A stretch of 64,000 bases of DNA from an uncultured Planctomycetales bacterium. Lineage in GTDB: Bacteria; Omnitrophota; Gorgyraeia; Zapsychrales; JANLHA01. The stretch lies in assembly GCA_964489065.1 (NCBI GenBank), contig CAZAXH010000006.1:66867-130866 (forward strand), written 5' to 3'. This document shows, piece by piece, positions 1 through 8,602 of this stretch; position 1 is the stretch's first letter; the number at the start of each line of letters is the position of its first letter. The notes under the pieces are model-generated. The model made no database searches, was not told the origin of the DNA, and saw nothing but the letters and a program-made list of their open reading frames with translations. Made by a program: the position numbers and the translations under genes.

Positions 1-295
1 CGACTAAAGCCCCGGCGTCTTTCTGGTAAATTCTTTGAGAAAAGAAGATTTGAGCGGCCGTAATTTTTATCAGCGCGGCGTCGCAACACAGGATATCCCC
101 GTACTTAGCGGGGCTTTTATAGGAGATCGTGACTTTCCGGACCGCGTACACAAAACCCCGTTGATGAAACATGGTGACGCTTAACCCTTTCTTCTCCAGG
201 AATTCTGTCCGCGCTTCTTCAAGATATTTTAGATAATTCCCATAGTAAACAACGCCGCCGGAGTCGGTGTCATGATAAAAAATCCTTTTTTCCAT
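1..295 (-). CDS. Acyl-CoA thioesterase, 4HBT/YbgC hotdog family (partial; C-terminus lies beyond the window start)
   Basis: Minus-strand ATG at 295..293. Translation MEKRIFYHDTDSGGVVYYGNYLKYLEEARTEFL... matches the YbgC/4HBT thioesterase N-terminal signature (YxDTD..G.V.h..Y). The frame stays open to the window edge. Confidence 0.6.
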   Translation of the reverse strand, partial: MEKRIFYHDTDSGGVVYYGNYLKYLEEARTEFLEKKGLSVTMFHQRGFVYAVRKVTISYKSPAKYGDILCCDAALIKITAAQIFFSQRIYQKDAGALV

Positions 296-309
296 CTGTG
301 AGCTCCTTC

Positions 310-413
310 ATTCAATGAGCATTAAATTTATACGACCCAAGGGAGCGTAAATGAGAAATGCGAATTGATCCTTTAGCGCGAGTGAGCCAAGCGGACGAGT
401 CGAAGGATCTTGG
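310..413 (+). repeat. Copy B of a conserved ~105-nt structured intergenic element; the other copy is at 60881..60982 on the minus strand
   Basis: About 84% identity to RC(60881..60982). Shared inverted repeats: ATTTATAC-N11-CGTAAATG and TTGATCCT-N31-AGGATC. No conserved ORF. Confidence 0.5.
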
Positions 414-564
414 TTTAATACCCCGCAGCTTGCTGCGGTTCATTGAGTCCAGAGCTTGCTCTGGGGTTCATACTTTTGATTTTAAATTCTACTTTTAACA
501 TGCTTTATCTGAACTGTCAAGAAATAGGTCCGGGGATTGAATCGAATATTTTTTTTCCTTATTC

Positions 565-593
565 TTGCATCAAGATAAAAAAAATGGTACATT
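565..593 (+). promoter_or_regulatory. Putative sigma70 promoter for the PilZ-domain gene (TTGCAT-17 nt-TGgTACATT, extended -10)
   Basis: TTGCAT at 565-570, a 17-nt spacer, TG at 585-586 and TACATT at 588-593. It lies about 55 nt upstream of the ATG at 650. Confidence 0.4.
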
Positions 594-649
594 ATGGACG
601 GATTATATAAAAATAATATTTCTTATAAAATAATTAAAGTAAGTAAGTT

Positions 650-1105
650 ATGGAAAAAGCGCAACCAAACGTGCGTCAGGCGGCCTCGGGTTATTCTGGC
701 CCGGAGAAACGGTATTTGCCCCGTTGGGAGGTGAATAATCGTGTTTTGTGCCGTACGGACGAAGGCTTTGATTCTGCCGAGTGCCGGAGCATGGATCTGA
801 GCTGTGCCGGAGTGTGCCTGGTCATGCGTCAAAGACTGCAGCCGGCCCAGAAGGTTAAATTAACGATTTATCTCACCGAGGCGAAGGCCGTGGAAGTCGA
901 CGGACACGTGGCTTGGAGCCGGGTATCCGGTTATGGGAACTTGGCTGGAATCAGTTTTGAGAACACTGAATTGGAGATTCAGGATACGATTTTAAAGTAC
1001 GCGTTTGAATTCAAGAAGAACGCTCTTGTTCAGCACTGGTTCGAAGGATGGCAGGCCGGCGCGGAAACGGAGCCGTCCTCCTCCACCCCTCCCCCGCAAA
1101 ATTAA
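650..1105 (+). CDS. PilZ-domain protein (putative c-di-GMP receptor)
   Basis: Motifs RYLPR (RxxxR) and DLSCAG (DxSxxG) at PilZ-typical spacing, followed by a beta-barrel-like region and a short Pro/Ser-rich tail. Confidence 0.65.
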   Translation: MEKAQPNVRQAASGYSGPEKRYLPRWEVNNRVLCRTDEGFDSAECRSMDLSCAGVCLVMRQRLQPAQKVKLTIYLTEAKAVEVDGHVAWSRVSGYGNLAGISFENTELEIQDTILKYAFEFKKNALVQHWFEGWQAGAETEPSSSTPPPQN

Positions 1106-1114
1106 ATTTTGGGC

Positions 1115-1939
1115 TTATTTTATGATCGCGTTGATAAGACGGCAGTAATCCGTCAGGGACAGTGTTTCGGCTCTGGAAGAAGGATTAATTTTGAGCTGTT
1201 CCAAGGCCGTTAGGATTGTGGCTTTTTTCCACCCTCCCGCCAAAGCGTTGACAAGTGTTTTCCTCCTGTGTTGAAAAGCCGTCCGAATCAATTTAAAGAG
1301 AAGCTCCTCATCCGTGACTGGAATTTTTGTCTCCCGGAAGGATATGTGAAGGAAACACGAGGTGACTTTGGGGACCGGGTTGAAACACGACGGTGAGATC
1401 AGGAAATGAATTTGGGTCTGCGCGTAATATTGGATATAGCAGGATAGCGACCCATAGTCTTTGGAATGAGGCCGGGCCGTGAGTCTTTTTCCGAATTCGT
1501 GTTGCACGGTCAGAAAGGCTTCTGTGACGCAATGACGTTCGGAAATCAGTTTTTCAATAACGGGGGTGGAAATGCAATAGGGCAGGTTCCCTATAACTTT
1601 AACGGGGGCGGGAAGCCCGGACATCGGGAAATTCAGAAAGTCCGATTGAATCAGGTGAACGTGGTCTTCCGGAAAAAGTTCTTTCAGCAGGCCGCACAAG
1701 GCGGGGTCCGTTTCTATCGCGTAAAGCGATTTCACCCGCGGGGCTATGTGCCGGGTTAAGGCGCCTCGCCCGGGGCCTATTTCCAGCACAGGCTGATCAT
1801 CCTGCAGAGAGCACGCAGAGACAATTTTACGGATAATATTTTCGTCGGTCAAAAAATTTTGGCCGAGGTGTTTCTTGGCCCGGGGGAGAACAACTGAAGA
1901 CCGGGGCCGGGAACGGTGTTTGGGCATGACTTTAACCAT
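1115..1939 (-). CDS. rsmA: 16S rRNA (adenine1518/1519-N6)-dimethyltransferase
   Basis: LGQNFLTDENIIRKIV and LEIGPGRGALT SAM-binding motifs. Sits downstream of pdxA as in the E. coli surA-pdxA-ksgA block. Confidence 0.9.
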   Translation of the reverse strand: MVKVMPKHRSRPRSSVVLPRAKKHLGQNFLTDENIIRKIVSACSLQDDQPVLEIGPGRGALTRHIAPRVKSLYAIETDPALCGLLKELFPEDHVHLIQSDFLNFPMSGLPAPVKVIGNLPYCISTPVIEKLISERHCVTEAFLTVQHEFGKRLTARPHSKDYGSLSCYIQYYAQTQIHFLISPSCFNPVPKVTSCFLHISFRETKIPVTDEELLFKLIRTAFQHRRKTLVNALAGGWKKATILTALEQLKINPSSRAETLSLTDYCRLINAIIK

Positions 1940-2879
1940 TGGTTAGCCGATCGGCTAAGCGGATAGCGGCCGTCATGGATCCGGGGTGGGCTCTCCCCTT
2001 CCCGGCGATATCAAAAGCCGTGCCGTGGGCGGGAGAGGTCCGGATAAAAGGCAGCCCGGCCGTAAAGTTTACCAGATTGTTCAGGCAGAGGGCTTTGATT
2101 CCCGTCAGCCCCTGGTCATGGTACATCGCAATAATGAGGTCAAAGTGTTGTGCTTTGTGCGGGGTGAATAGGGTGTCGGCGGCAAACGGGCCCTCGGCGC
2201 GGATTTTCTTTTTTTTCGCCGCGGCAAGCGCCGGTATGATGACGCGGATTTCTTCCTCGCCGATATGCCCCCCTTCCCCGGCATGAGGGTTCAGTCCGCA
2301 GACCGCAATGCGCGGCTTGGGAATCCCGAACTGGGTACGCAGGGTTTTCTGGCCCCGTTGGAGCGTGGCCAGGAGAGTCTCGGCGGTGATTGAGCGGCTG
2401 ACGCACTTTAAAGGGATATGGCGGGTAAGCAGCATGACGCGTAAATCCCGGGCGACAAACATCATCTCGACATGCTCGCGATGAAACGCCCGGGCCAGGA
2501 ACTCCGTGTGCCCTTCAAAAAAGAGCCCTGATTTACAGATATTTTCCTTATGAACCGGTGCCGTCACCAGGGCAGATATTTTTTTCCGTTTCAGTAAATT
2601 GACGGCGGCCTGCAGGTAAACCAAAGAGGCTTGGGCGGAAACCACCGTGCCCTGCCCAGGCTTCACCGTGTCTTCGTTCAGCCGTTTGAGATCAAGCAGG
2701 TCACAGTTATCGGGCAACTTCGAGGCATAGCGTTTCAGGACAGCCTTATCCCCGATAATGCAGAAAGGCCCCCCTTTCCGGATGGCGGGGTGCTTGAGCG
2801 CCTTGGCGAGAACTTCCGGGCCAATGCCTGCGGGGTCGCCCATTGTGATTGCTATTATTTTTTTGTTTTTTAAATTCAT
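1932..2879 (-). CDS. pdxA: 4-hydroxythreonine-4-phosphate dehydrogenase
   Basis: IAITMGDPAGIGPEV and GLNPHAGEGG motifs. About 315 aa. Confidence 0.9.
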   Translation of the reverse strand: MNLKNKKIIAITMGDPAGIGPEVLAKALKHPAIRKGGPFCIIGDKAVLKRYASKLPDNCDLLDLKRLNEDTVKPGQGTVVSAQASLVYLQAAVNLLKRKKISALVTAPVHKENICKSGLFFEGHTEFLARAFHREHVEMMFVARDLRVMLLTRHIPLKCVSRSITAETLLATLQRGQKTLRTQFGIPKPRIAVCGLNPHAGEGGHIGEEEIRVIIPALAAAKKKKIRAEGPFAADTLFTPHKAQHFDLIIAMYHDQGLTGIKALCLNNLVNFTAGLPFIRTSPAHGTAFDIAGKGRAHPGSMTAAIRLADRLTNG

Positions 2880-2947
2880 GGAATAGAGCAGGTTTCCCGG
2901 ATTTCCGGTCCGGCTTCGGTTTCTCTACGGGTTATTTACGGGGCCGG

Positions 2948-3892
2948 TTAACTTTTAATGTCGATATAGGCTTGTTTTTTAAGTTCTTCAATCCAGATAT
3001 TGAATCGTTTCCGGAATTTGTCCTGAAAAATCTTTTCGGTGATGACATCTTTCACTTCATCCAGGGTAGCAATCTGATGGGGGATGTGTTTCACGACCTT
3101 AAAAATATAAAATCCTTCCTCAAGCTCGATGATTTTAGAAACCTCCCCTTCCTTCAGTCCGAAGACCGCGTTTTCAATGGCGGGCAATACCCGCCCTTTT
3201 TCAATAGTCCCGACCGGTGCCCCTTGCGAATAGGTATCCATGAGCCGTTTAAAATCTTGCCCTTCTATGATCTGCAGAAGGATATCTTTTGCCTGCTGGC
3301 GGGCCGCATCCGGGTCGTCTTTTTTGGGGAGATAGATCGAGAGCAATTCCACCTTGGCTGGCTGTTGAAAGGCCTCAAAGTTTTCTTTGTAATAGTCGGT
3401 GACTTCCTGGGGGTTCACGACCACTTTGGATTTTACTTCCTTTTCGACCATAAATTTTATTTTAAACTGGTCGTTCAGCTTTGTTTTGAGTTCCGAGACC
3501 GTGGCGCCTTCCGATAAAAGCGCCTTCAGGAAGTCCTGTTCTGATTTGTAATTTTGTTTTATTTCCGCGAGCCGCTGCTCAATGATCTCCGGCCGCACTG
3601 CAAGGCCTACGCGGTTGGCTTCGGTCAGGATCAATTTGTCTTCAATAAGGTGGCTGATTCCGTCCTGTTCCATCTCCTGCATGATGCGCTGTATTTCACT
3701 GTTGCTTCTCCCTTCCATTCTCAATTGTGTGAACAAGGAATGAACATAGTCCTTGAAATTTTTTAAGGTGATAATGTCATCGTTCACGACGGCTATAATA
3801 GCGTCCTCCACCGCATGCGCCATGGGGCAAGAGCTTAAAAGAAGGAGAAGGGCCACCACGCCTCCGCTAAGGCCTTTATTTTGTCTGCCCAT
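2948..3892 (-). CDS. surA: SurA-like periplasmic chaperone / parvulin-type peptidyl-prolyl isomerase
   Basis: Signal peptide, SurA N-terminal chaperone-like region and a single parvulin domain (EGFYIFKV...). Positioned upstream of pdxA. Confidence 0.7.
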   Translation of the reverse strand: MGRQNKGLSGGVVALLLLLSSCPMAHAVEDAIIAVVNDDIITLKNFKDYVHSLFTQLRMEGRSNSEIQRIMQEMEQDGISHLIEDKLILTEANRVGLAVRPEIIEQRLAEIKQNYKSEQDFLKALLSEGATVSELKTKLNDQFKIKFMVEKEVKSKVVVNPQEVTDYYKENFEAFQQPAKVELLSIYLPKKDDPDAARQQAKDILLQIIEGQDFKRLMDTYSQGAPVGTIEKGRVLPAIENAVFGLKEGEVSKIIELEEGFYIFKVVKHIPHQIATLDEVKDVITEKIFQDKFRKRFNIWIEELKKQAYIDIKS

Positions 3893-5777
3893 ATTCTAGG
3901 ATCTCCTGGCTGGTTTTTAAATGTTCAATAGATTCCTTCAAGAGCCGGCAGTATAAATCAAACCCGATGGCGGTAATATATCCGCTTTGCTCTTCTCCCA
4001 GCAGATTCCCGGCCCCCCTGATTTGCAGGTCCTCAAAAGCAATCTGAAATCCGGCTCCCAGTTCGCTGTGTTTTTCCAGGGCGCTGAGCCGGGCTTTGGA
4101 TATTTTGGAAAGCGCCAGCTCCGAAGGGATAAAGAAATACGCGTAAGCCTGGTTCGTAAACCGCCCCACGCGGCCCCGCAATTGGTGTAAATCCGCTAAT
4201 CCAAAATGGTGGGCATGATTCACCATGAGCGTGTTTGCGTTGGGAATATCAATCCCCGACTCGATGATCGTTGTGCAGACAAGGACATCAATTTCCCCTT
4301 TTAGAAATTGCAGCATGACGTGTTCCAGTTGCCTGGCCGGCATTTGCCCGTGTCCCACGGCGATTCTGGCTTTGGGGACCAGTCGTTGTATTATTTTAGC
4401 AATTTTTTCAATATCTTCAACTCGGTTATGCAGGAAAAAGACCTGGCCTTTCCGGCTCATTTCTCGTTCGATAGCGGTGCGCACGAGGTCTTCGTCAAAT
4501 TCCACAATGTGTGTCAAGACCGGAGTCCTGTTTTTGGGCGGGGTTGAGATGACGGACATATCTTTGACTCCGGCCATGGCCATGTAGAGCGTGCGCGGAA
4601 TCGGCGTTGCGGTTAAGGTCAGGACATCCACCAGGAGTTTGAGATGCTTGAGCTTCTCTTTGGCTTTCACGCCGAACCGCTGTTCTTCGTCAATCACCAC
4701 GAGGCCCAGGTCTTTGAAGCCGATGTCCTGGGACAACAGCCGATGGGTCCCAACGACGATATCAACATGCTTTTCGGCTAAATCCCGGATGGTGGCTTCT
4801 TGTTCGTGCCGGGTGCGGAACCGGCTGAGCATCGCGACCTCAACGGGATAATTTTTCATCCGTTCGCGGAAATTGTAGTAATGCTGTTCGGCCAGAATCG
4901 TGGTCGGGACGAGTACGGCCACCTGCTTGTTGTTCAGCACCGCTTTGAACATGGCCCGCAGGGCGACTTCGGTTTTCCCGAACCCGACGTCCCCGCAGAG
5001 CAGCCGGTCCATCGGCCAATCGGCTTCCATGTCCGCTTTCACTTCCAGCGTTGACTTCCTCTGATCCGGCGTTTCTGGAAAGGGGAAAGATTTCGCGAAT
5101 TCATTTTCCCATTCAGAATCCTTGTTGAAAGCGAACCCTTTCAAACTTGTGCGGAGCGCTTGCAGCCTTAAAAGCTCCGCTGCGAAGCGCTGCAGCTTTT
5201 TTTGGATATGAGCCTTAACCCGGGTCCATTCCTTGGACCCCAGTTTATAGAGACGGGGCGGTTTTTTGTGAAAGCTGATGTATTTTTGGATCAGATGCAT
5301 GTCATGCTGCGGGATGTACAGGCGGTCGCCGCCGGAATATTCAATGACCAGATGATCTTTATTCTGGTTGTTGACGGACATGGGTTTGATCCCGAGGAAT
5401 CTTCCGATGCCGTGATGATTATGAACGACGTAGTCTCCTTGATGGATGTCAACGAAATGGTTTAACGGGGTGTCGGCAGTGAAAGGGGTTTTCTCCGTTT
5501 TCTTCCGGGGAAGGATAAAGACGATATTGTGTTTCCAGATCGTCTGGGATGAACGGATGTTGTAGCTGGCGATAAACTGGATGCGGTCCTCGTTCAGGGC
5601 GATCCGAATCGGGCTGTCGAAATTCACCGGGAAAATATCGAGGACTTCTCCCCGGCAGGCGAAGTCCCCTTCCCCCTGGACGTCCCGAACCTTGCGGTAA
5701 TGAAAAAGCACCAATTCATCCAGGATTTCGTCTAGCTGGATGGTTTGATCGACATAAAGTTTGAGCGACCGGAACAT
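3876..5777 (-). CDS. mfd: Transcription-repair coupling factor, short form (lacks N-terminal D1a and C-terminal D7)
   Basis: UvrB-homology remnant RGEVLDIFP...PIRI, CarD/TRCF RNAP-interacting domain (GDYVVHNHHGIGRF), superfamily 2 helicase motifs (GDVGFGKTEVA, DEEQRFGV, QLRGRVGR) and TRG motif (RGAGNLLGEEQSG). Only 633 aa, against about 1150 for the canonical protein. Confidence 0.8.
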   Translation of the reverse strand: MFRSLKLYVDQTIQLDEILDELVLFHYRKVRDVQGEGDFACRGEVLDIFPVNFDSPIRIALNEDRIQFIASYNIRSSQTIWKHNIVFILPRKKTEKTPFTADTPLNHFVDIHQGDYVVHNHHGIGRFLGIKPMSVNNQNKDHLVIEYSGGDRLYIPQHDMHLIQKYISFHKKPPRLYKLGSKEWTRVKAHIQKKLQRFAAELLRLQALRTSLKGFAFNKDSEWENEFAKSFPFPETPDQRKSTLEVKADMEADWPMDRLLCGDVGFGKTEVALRAMFKAVLNNKQVAVLVPTTILAEQHYYNFRERMKNYPVEVAMLSRFRTRHEQEATIRDLAEKHVDIVVGTHRLLSQDIGFKDLGLVVIDEEQRFGVKAKEKLKHLKLLVDVLTLTATPIPRTLYMAMAGVKDMSVISTPPKNRTPVLTHIVEFDEDLVRTAIEREMSRKGQVFFLHNRVEDIEKIAKIIQRLVPKARIAVGHGQMPARQLEHVMLQFLKGEIDVLVCTTIIESGIDIPNANTLMVNHAHHFGLADLHQLRGRVGRFTNQAYAYFFIPSELALSKISKARLSALEKHSELGAGFQIAFEDLQIRGAGNLLGEEQSGYITAIGFDLYCRLLKESIEHLKTSQEILEYGQTK

Positions 5778-5778
5778 C

Positions 5779-7980
5779 CTAAATTTTGTTCTTTTGCCAG
5801 GTCAGGACCAGCGGCACGGCGATGAAAATCGTCGAATACGTACCGGCGACAAACCCGATAATCAGGCTGAGCGCGAACGTGTTCAAAGTTTCTCCCCCGA
5901 ACAAATAAATGGAGATGACGGTCATTAACGTGGTGGCTGTCGTCAAGATGGTTCGGCTCAATGTCTGGTTGATGCTCGTATTGAGGACGTCCCGGAATTT
6001 TGCTTTTTTAAGTTTCGGCATGTTTTCCCTGACCCGGTCGTAGATAACGATCGTGTCATTGATGGAGTACCCGGCGATGGTTAGCAGAGCCGTGATAACG
6101 AGCAGGTCGATTTGTCGGCCCAGGATGGCCAGGAACCCGACCGTAATTACAACGTCGTGTAGCAGGGCGATCACCCCGGTCGTGGCGAAATCAAAATGGT
6201 GGAAGCGGAATCCCACGTAAATCAGGATCCCGACCAGGGCGAACACAACCGCGGACACGGCCCGTTTTCTTAAGTCTTTCCCTACGACGGGGCCCACGGC
6301 TTCAATCCGCATGATTTCAAACGGATTGTCCGCCATTTGTTCTTTGAATACTTTGATGACTTCCTTGTCTGTATCTTTTGCCGACCGGATGATAATATCC
6401 TCCGGATGCTTGTCAAACCCCTGGATCACGAGATCATGGATGCCGTTGGCTTTGAAAATATCCCTTAGCGCCTGGGCTTGGACCGGTTTCTGAAAACGGT
6501 ATTCTTGAACCTGCCCGCCGGCGAAATCAATGCCATAAGCCGTGTCTTTTTTCTGGAAAAAGTTGAAAAGCCCGATGACGATCAGGATCACGGACAACGC
6601 TAGGGCGAAATAACGTTTGGAAACAAAGTCGATGTTGATATTGCGGAAAGTCTGAATCATGGGCAGTGTCTTCAGGAGTTTCATCTCGGAAAGGAGCTGG
6701 AACAGGGTCCGGTTGATGAAGATGGCGCTGAAAAGACTGGACAACAAGCCGATGGTCAAGGTCACGGCGAACCCTTTAATGGGGCCCGACCCGAATTGAA
6801 AGAGCATAAAGGCGGCGATCAGCGTGGTCAGGTTGGAATCCAGAATAGCGGAAAAGGCTTTGCCGAAGCCGCTGGATATGGCCGCGTGCATGGGCCGGCC
6901 GTTGACCAGCTCTTCCCGGATGCGTTCGTTGATCAGAATGTTGGCGTCGACCGCCATGCCCATGGTGAGGATGATCCCCGCGATACCGGGCAGCGTGAGG
7001 GTCACTTTAGAGCCTGGCAGTAAAAAGTTCAGCGCCCCCATGACCCCGACGATAATGACGAGATTGCACAAGAGCACGATATCGGAGATAATGCCTGCTT
7101 TTAAATAAAAGATCAGCATGAAGATCAGGACGGCAATGCCTCCGAAGACGCTGGCGGTCACCCCGGCGCGTATGGAATCCAGGCCCAGGAGCGGCCCGAT
7201 GGTGCGTTCCTCTTCCACGTGCATGGGCGCGGGCAAAGACCCGGAACGCAAGGCCAGGGCCAGCAGGGACGCTTCTTCCACGGTGAACTGTCCGGTGATG
7301 ACGCCCCGGCCGCTTAAAATCGGCTCGCTGATATTGGGGGCGGAAAGGACTTCCCCATCCAGCAGGATTGCCAGGCGGTCATTGACATGCGCGCGCGTCA
7401 GCCGGGCGAACGTTTTGGCCCCTTCGCCGTTTAAGGTGAAACTGATCTGGGGTTCCCCGAAGGCGGCGCTGTTAAAATCAACCATGGCGTTGGCGATGGT
7501 ATCCCCGGTCAAAGCAGGTTTTTCGGCGACCAGAATGAAATCCGGTTTGCCTTTGATTTGTTTCAGGAGATAACCCGGCGGGTTGGTCTCGGTCGACAGC
7601 GCCTCATTGAGAAGGTTGGGGTCTTCATTGACCAGGCAAAATTCCAACTGGGCCACAGTGCCGATGAGTTCCTTGGCCTTTTCACGGTCGGTGATGCCGG
7701 GCAGTTGAACGAGGATCTGGGTCTCCCCCTGCCGCTGGATAACCGGTTCGGCCACCCCCAACTGATCAATACGGTTCCTTAAAATTTCAATAGCCCGGGG
7801 CACCGCGTCTTTTTTGGCTTCCTCGTCCAGTTTTTCGGTGTCCACTTTCATGATCAGGTGAATACCGCCTTTCAGGTCAAGCCCGAGGTTGATTTTCTTG
7901 CCTAGGGGCAAAGCAAAGTACAAGGAGGCCGCAATCACGCCTATTGCGACCAGTAAACGTATTTTCAGATTTTTGCTCAT
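5779..7980 (-). CDS. secDF: Protein translocase subunit SecDF (fused)
   Basis: 733-aa polytopic membrane protein with SecD then SecF halves (GLDLKGG..., two 6-TM bundles). Confidence 0.9.
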   Translation of the reverse strand: MSKNLKIRLLVAIGVIAASLYFALPLGKKINLGLDLKGGIHLIMKVDTEKLDEEAKKDAVPRAIEILRNRIDQLGVAEPVIQRQGETQILVQLPGITDREKAKELIGTVAQLEFCLVNEDPNLLNEALSTETNPPGYLLKQIKGKPDFILVAEKPALTGDTIANAMVDFNSAAFGEPQISFTLNGEGAKTFARLTRAHVNDRLAILLDGEVLSAPNISEPILSGRGVITGQFTVEEASLLALALRSGSLPAPMHVEEERTIGPLLGLDSIRAGVTASVFGGIAVLIFMLIFYLKAGIISDIVLLCNLVIIVGVMGALNFLLPGSKVTLTLPGIAGIILTMGMAVDANILINERIREELVNGRPMHAAISSGFGKAFSAILDSNLTTLIAAFMLFQFGSGPIKGFAVTLTIGLLSSLFSAIFINRTLFQLLSEMKLLKTLPMIQTFRNINIDFVSKRYFALALSVILIVIGLFNFFQKKDTAYGIDFAGGQVQEYRFQKPVQAQALRDIFKANGIHDLVIQGFDKHPEDIIIRSAKDTDKEVIKVFKEQMADNPFEIMRIEAVGPVVGKDLRKRAVSAVVFALVGILIYVGFRFHHFDFATTGVIALLHDVVITVGFLAILGRQIDLLVITALLTIAGYSINDTIVIYDRVRENMPKLKKAKFRDVLNTSINQTLSRTILTTATTLMTVISIYLFGGETLNTFALSLIIGFVAGTYSTIFIAVPLVLTWQKNKI

Positions 7981-8007
7981 CGGTTTGTTTTCTCCTTTAT
8001 CGTAACG

Positions 8008-8289
8008 CTATGTTTCGCTGATGGTCGCGATAGCTTCTTTATCCACTTCGATTTTTACATTATCATCAACGCGCAATATGACCGTGGTCGTTTTGACGTT
8101 AACGACCGTTCCATGAATGCCGCCCGCGGTGACAACCTGATCGTTCTTCTTCAGCTTTTCCAGGAGTTCCTTCTTCTTTTTTTGCTTTTCCTTCTCTTCC
8201 GGCCTAAAGACGATGAAATAGAATATGAACGCGATCGCAATAAACGGGATCATTTGCGAGAATTGATTGGCTGTCGCTTCTGCTGGCAT
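8008..8289 (-). CDS. yajC: Preprotein translocase subunit YajC
   Basis: Single TM then QVVTAGGIHGTV motif. 93 aa. Adjacent to secDF. Confidence 0.85.
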   Translation of the reverse strand: MPAEATANQFSQMIPFIAIAFIFYFIVFRPEEKEKQKKKKELLEKLKKNDQVVTAGGIHGTVVNVKTTTVILRVDDNVKIEVDKEAIATISET

Positions 8290-8353
8290 ATAAGAGGACC
8301 CTTTCTTTAACCCGGTTAATAAAAAATATCCCAGTGAATGTCAGGCGCGGGAA

Positions 8354-8602
8354 TTAAGCCTTCGCGACTTTTTTAACCAGAGACCGCACGGTGTCGGTCA
8401 TCCTGGCCCCTTTTTGCAGCCATTTTTCAAGCTTCGCATTGTCTACCGAGATGACCGCGGGTTTCTTCGCCGGGTCATAATATCCCAGAATGTCCAAGGC
8501 CCGTCCCTGTTTGGGTGCGCTTTTGTTTAAAACGACAATCCTGTAGTTATATTTTTTGTTGGCTTTTGCTCCTGCTTTTTGCAGACGAATCCGTACTTCC
8601 AT
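8354..8602 (-). CDS. rpsP: 30S ribosomal protein S16
   Basis: [24 protein letters not shown]...LGYYDP matches the S16 N-terminal consensus. Confidence 0.9.
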   Translation of the reverse strand: MEVRIRLQKAGAKANKKYNYRIVVLNKSAPKQGRALDILGYYDPAKKPAVISVDNAKLEKWLQKGARMTDTVRSLVKKVAKA

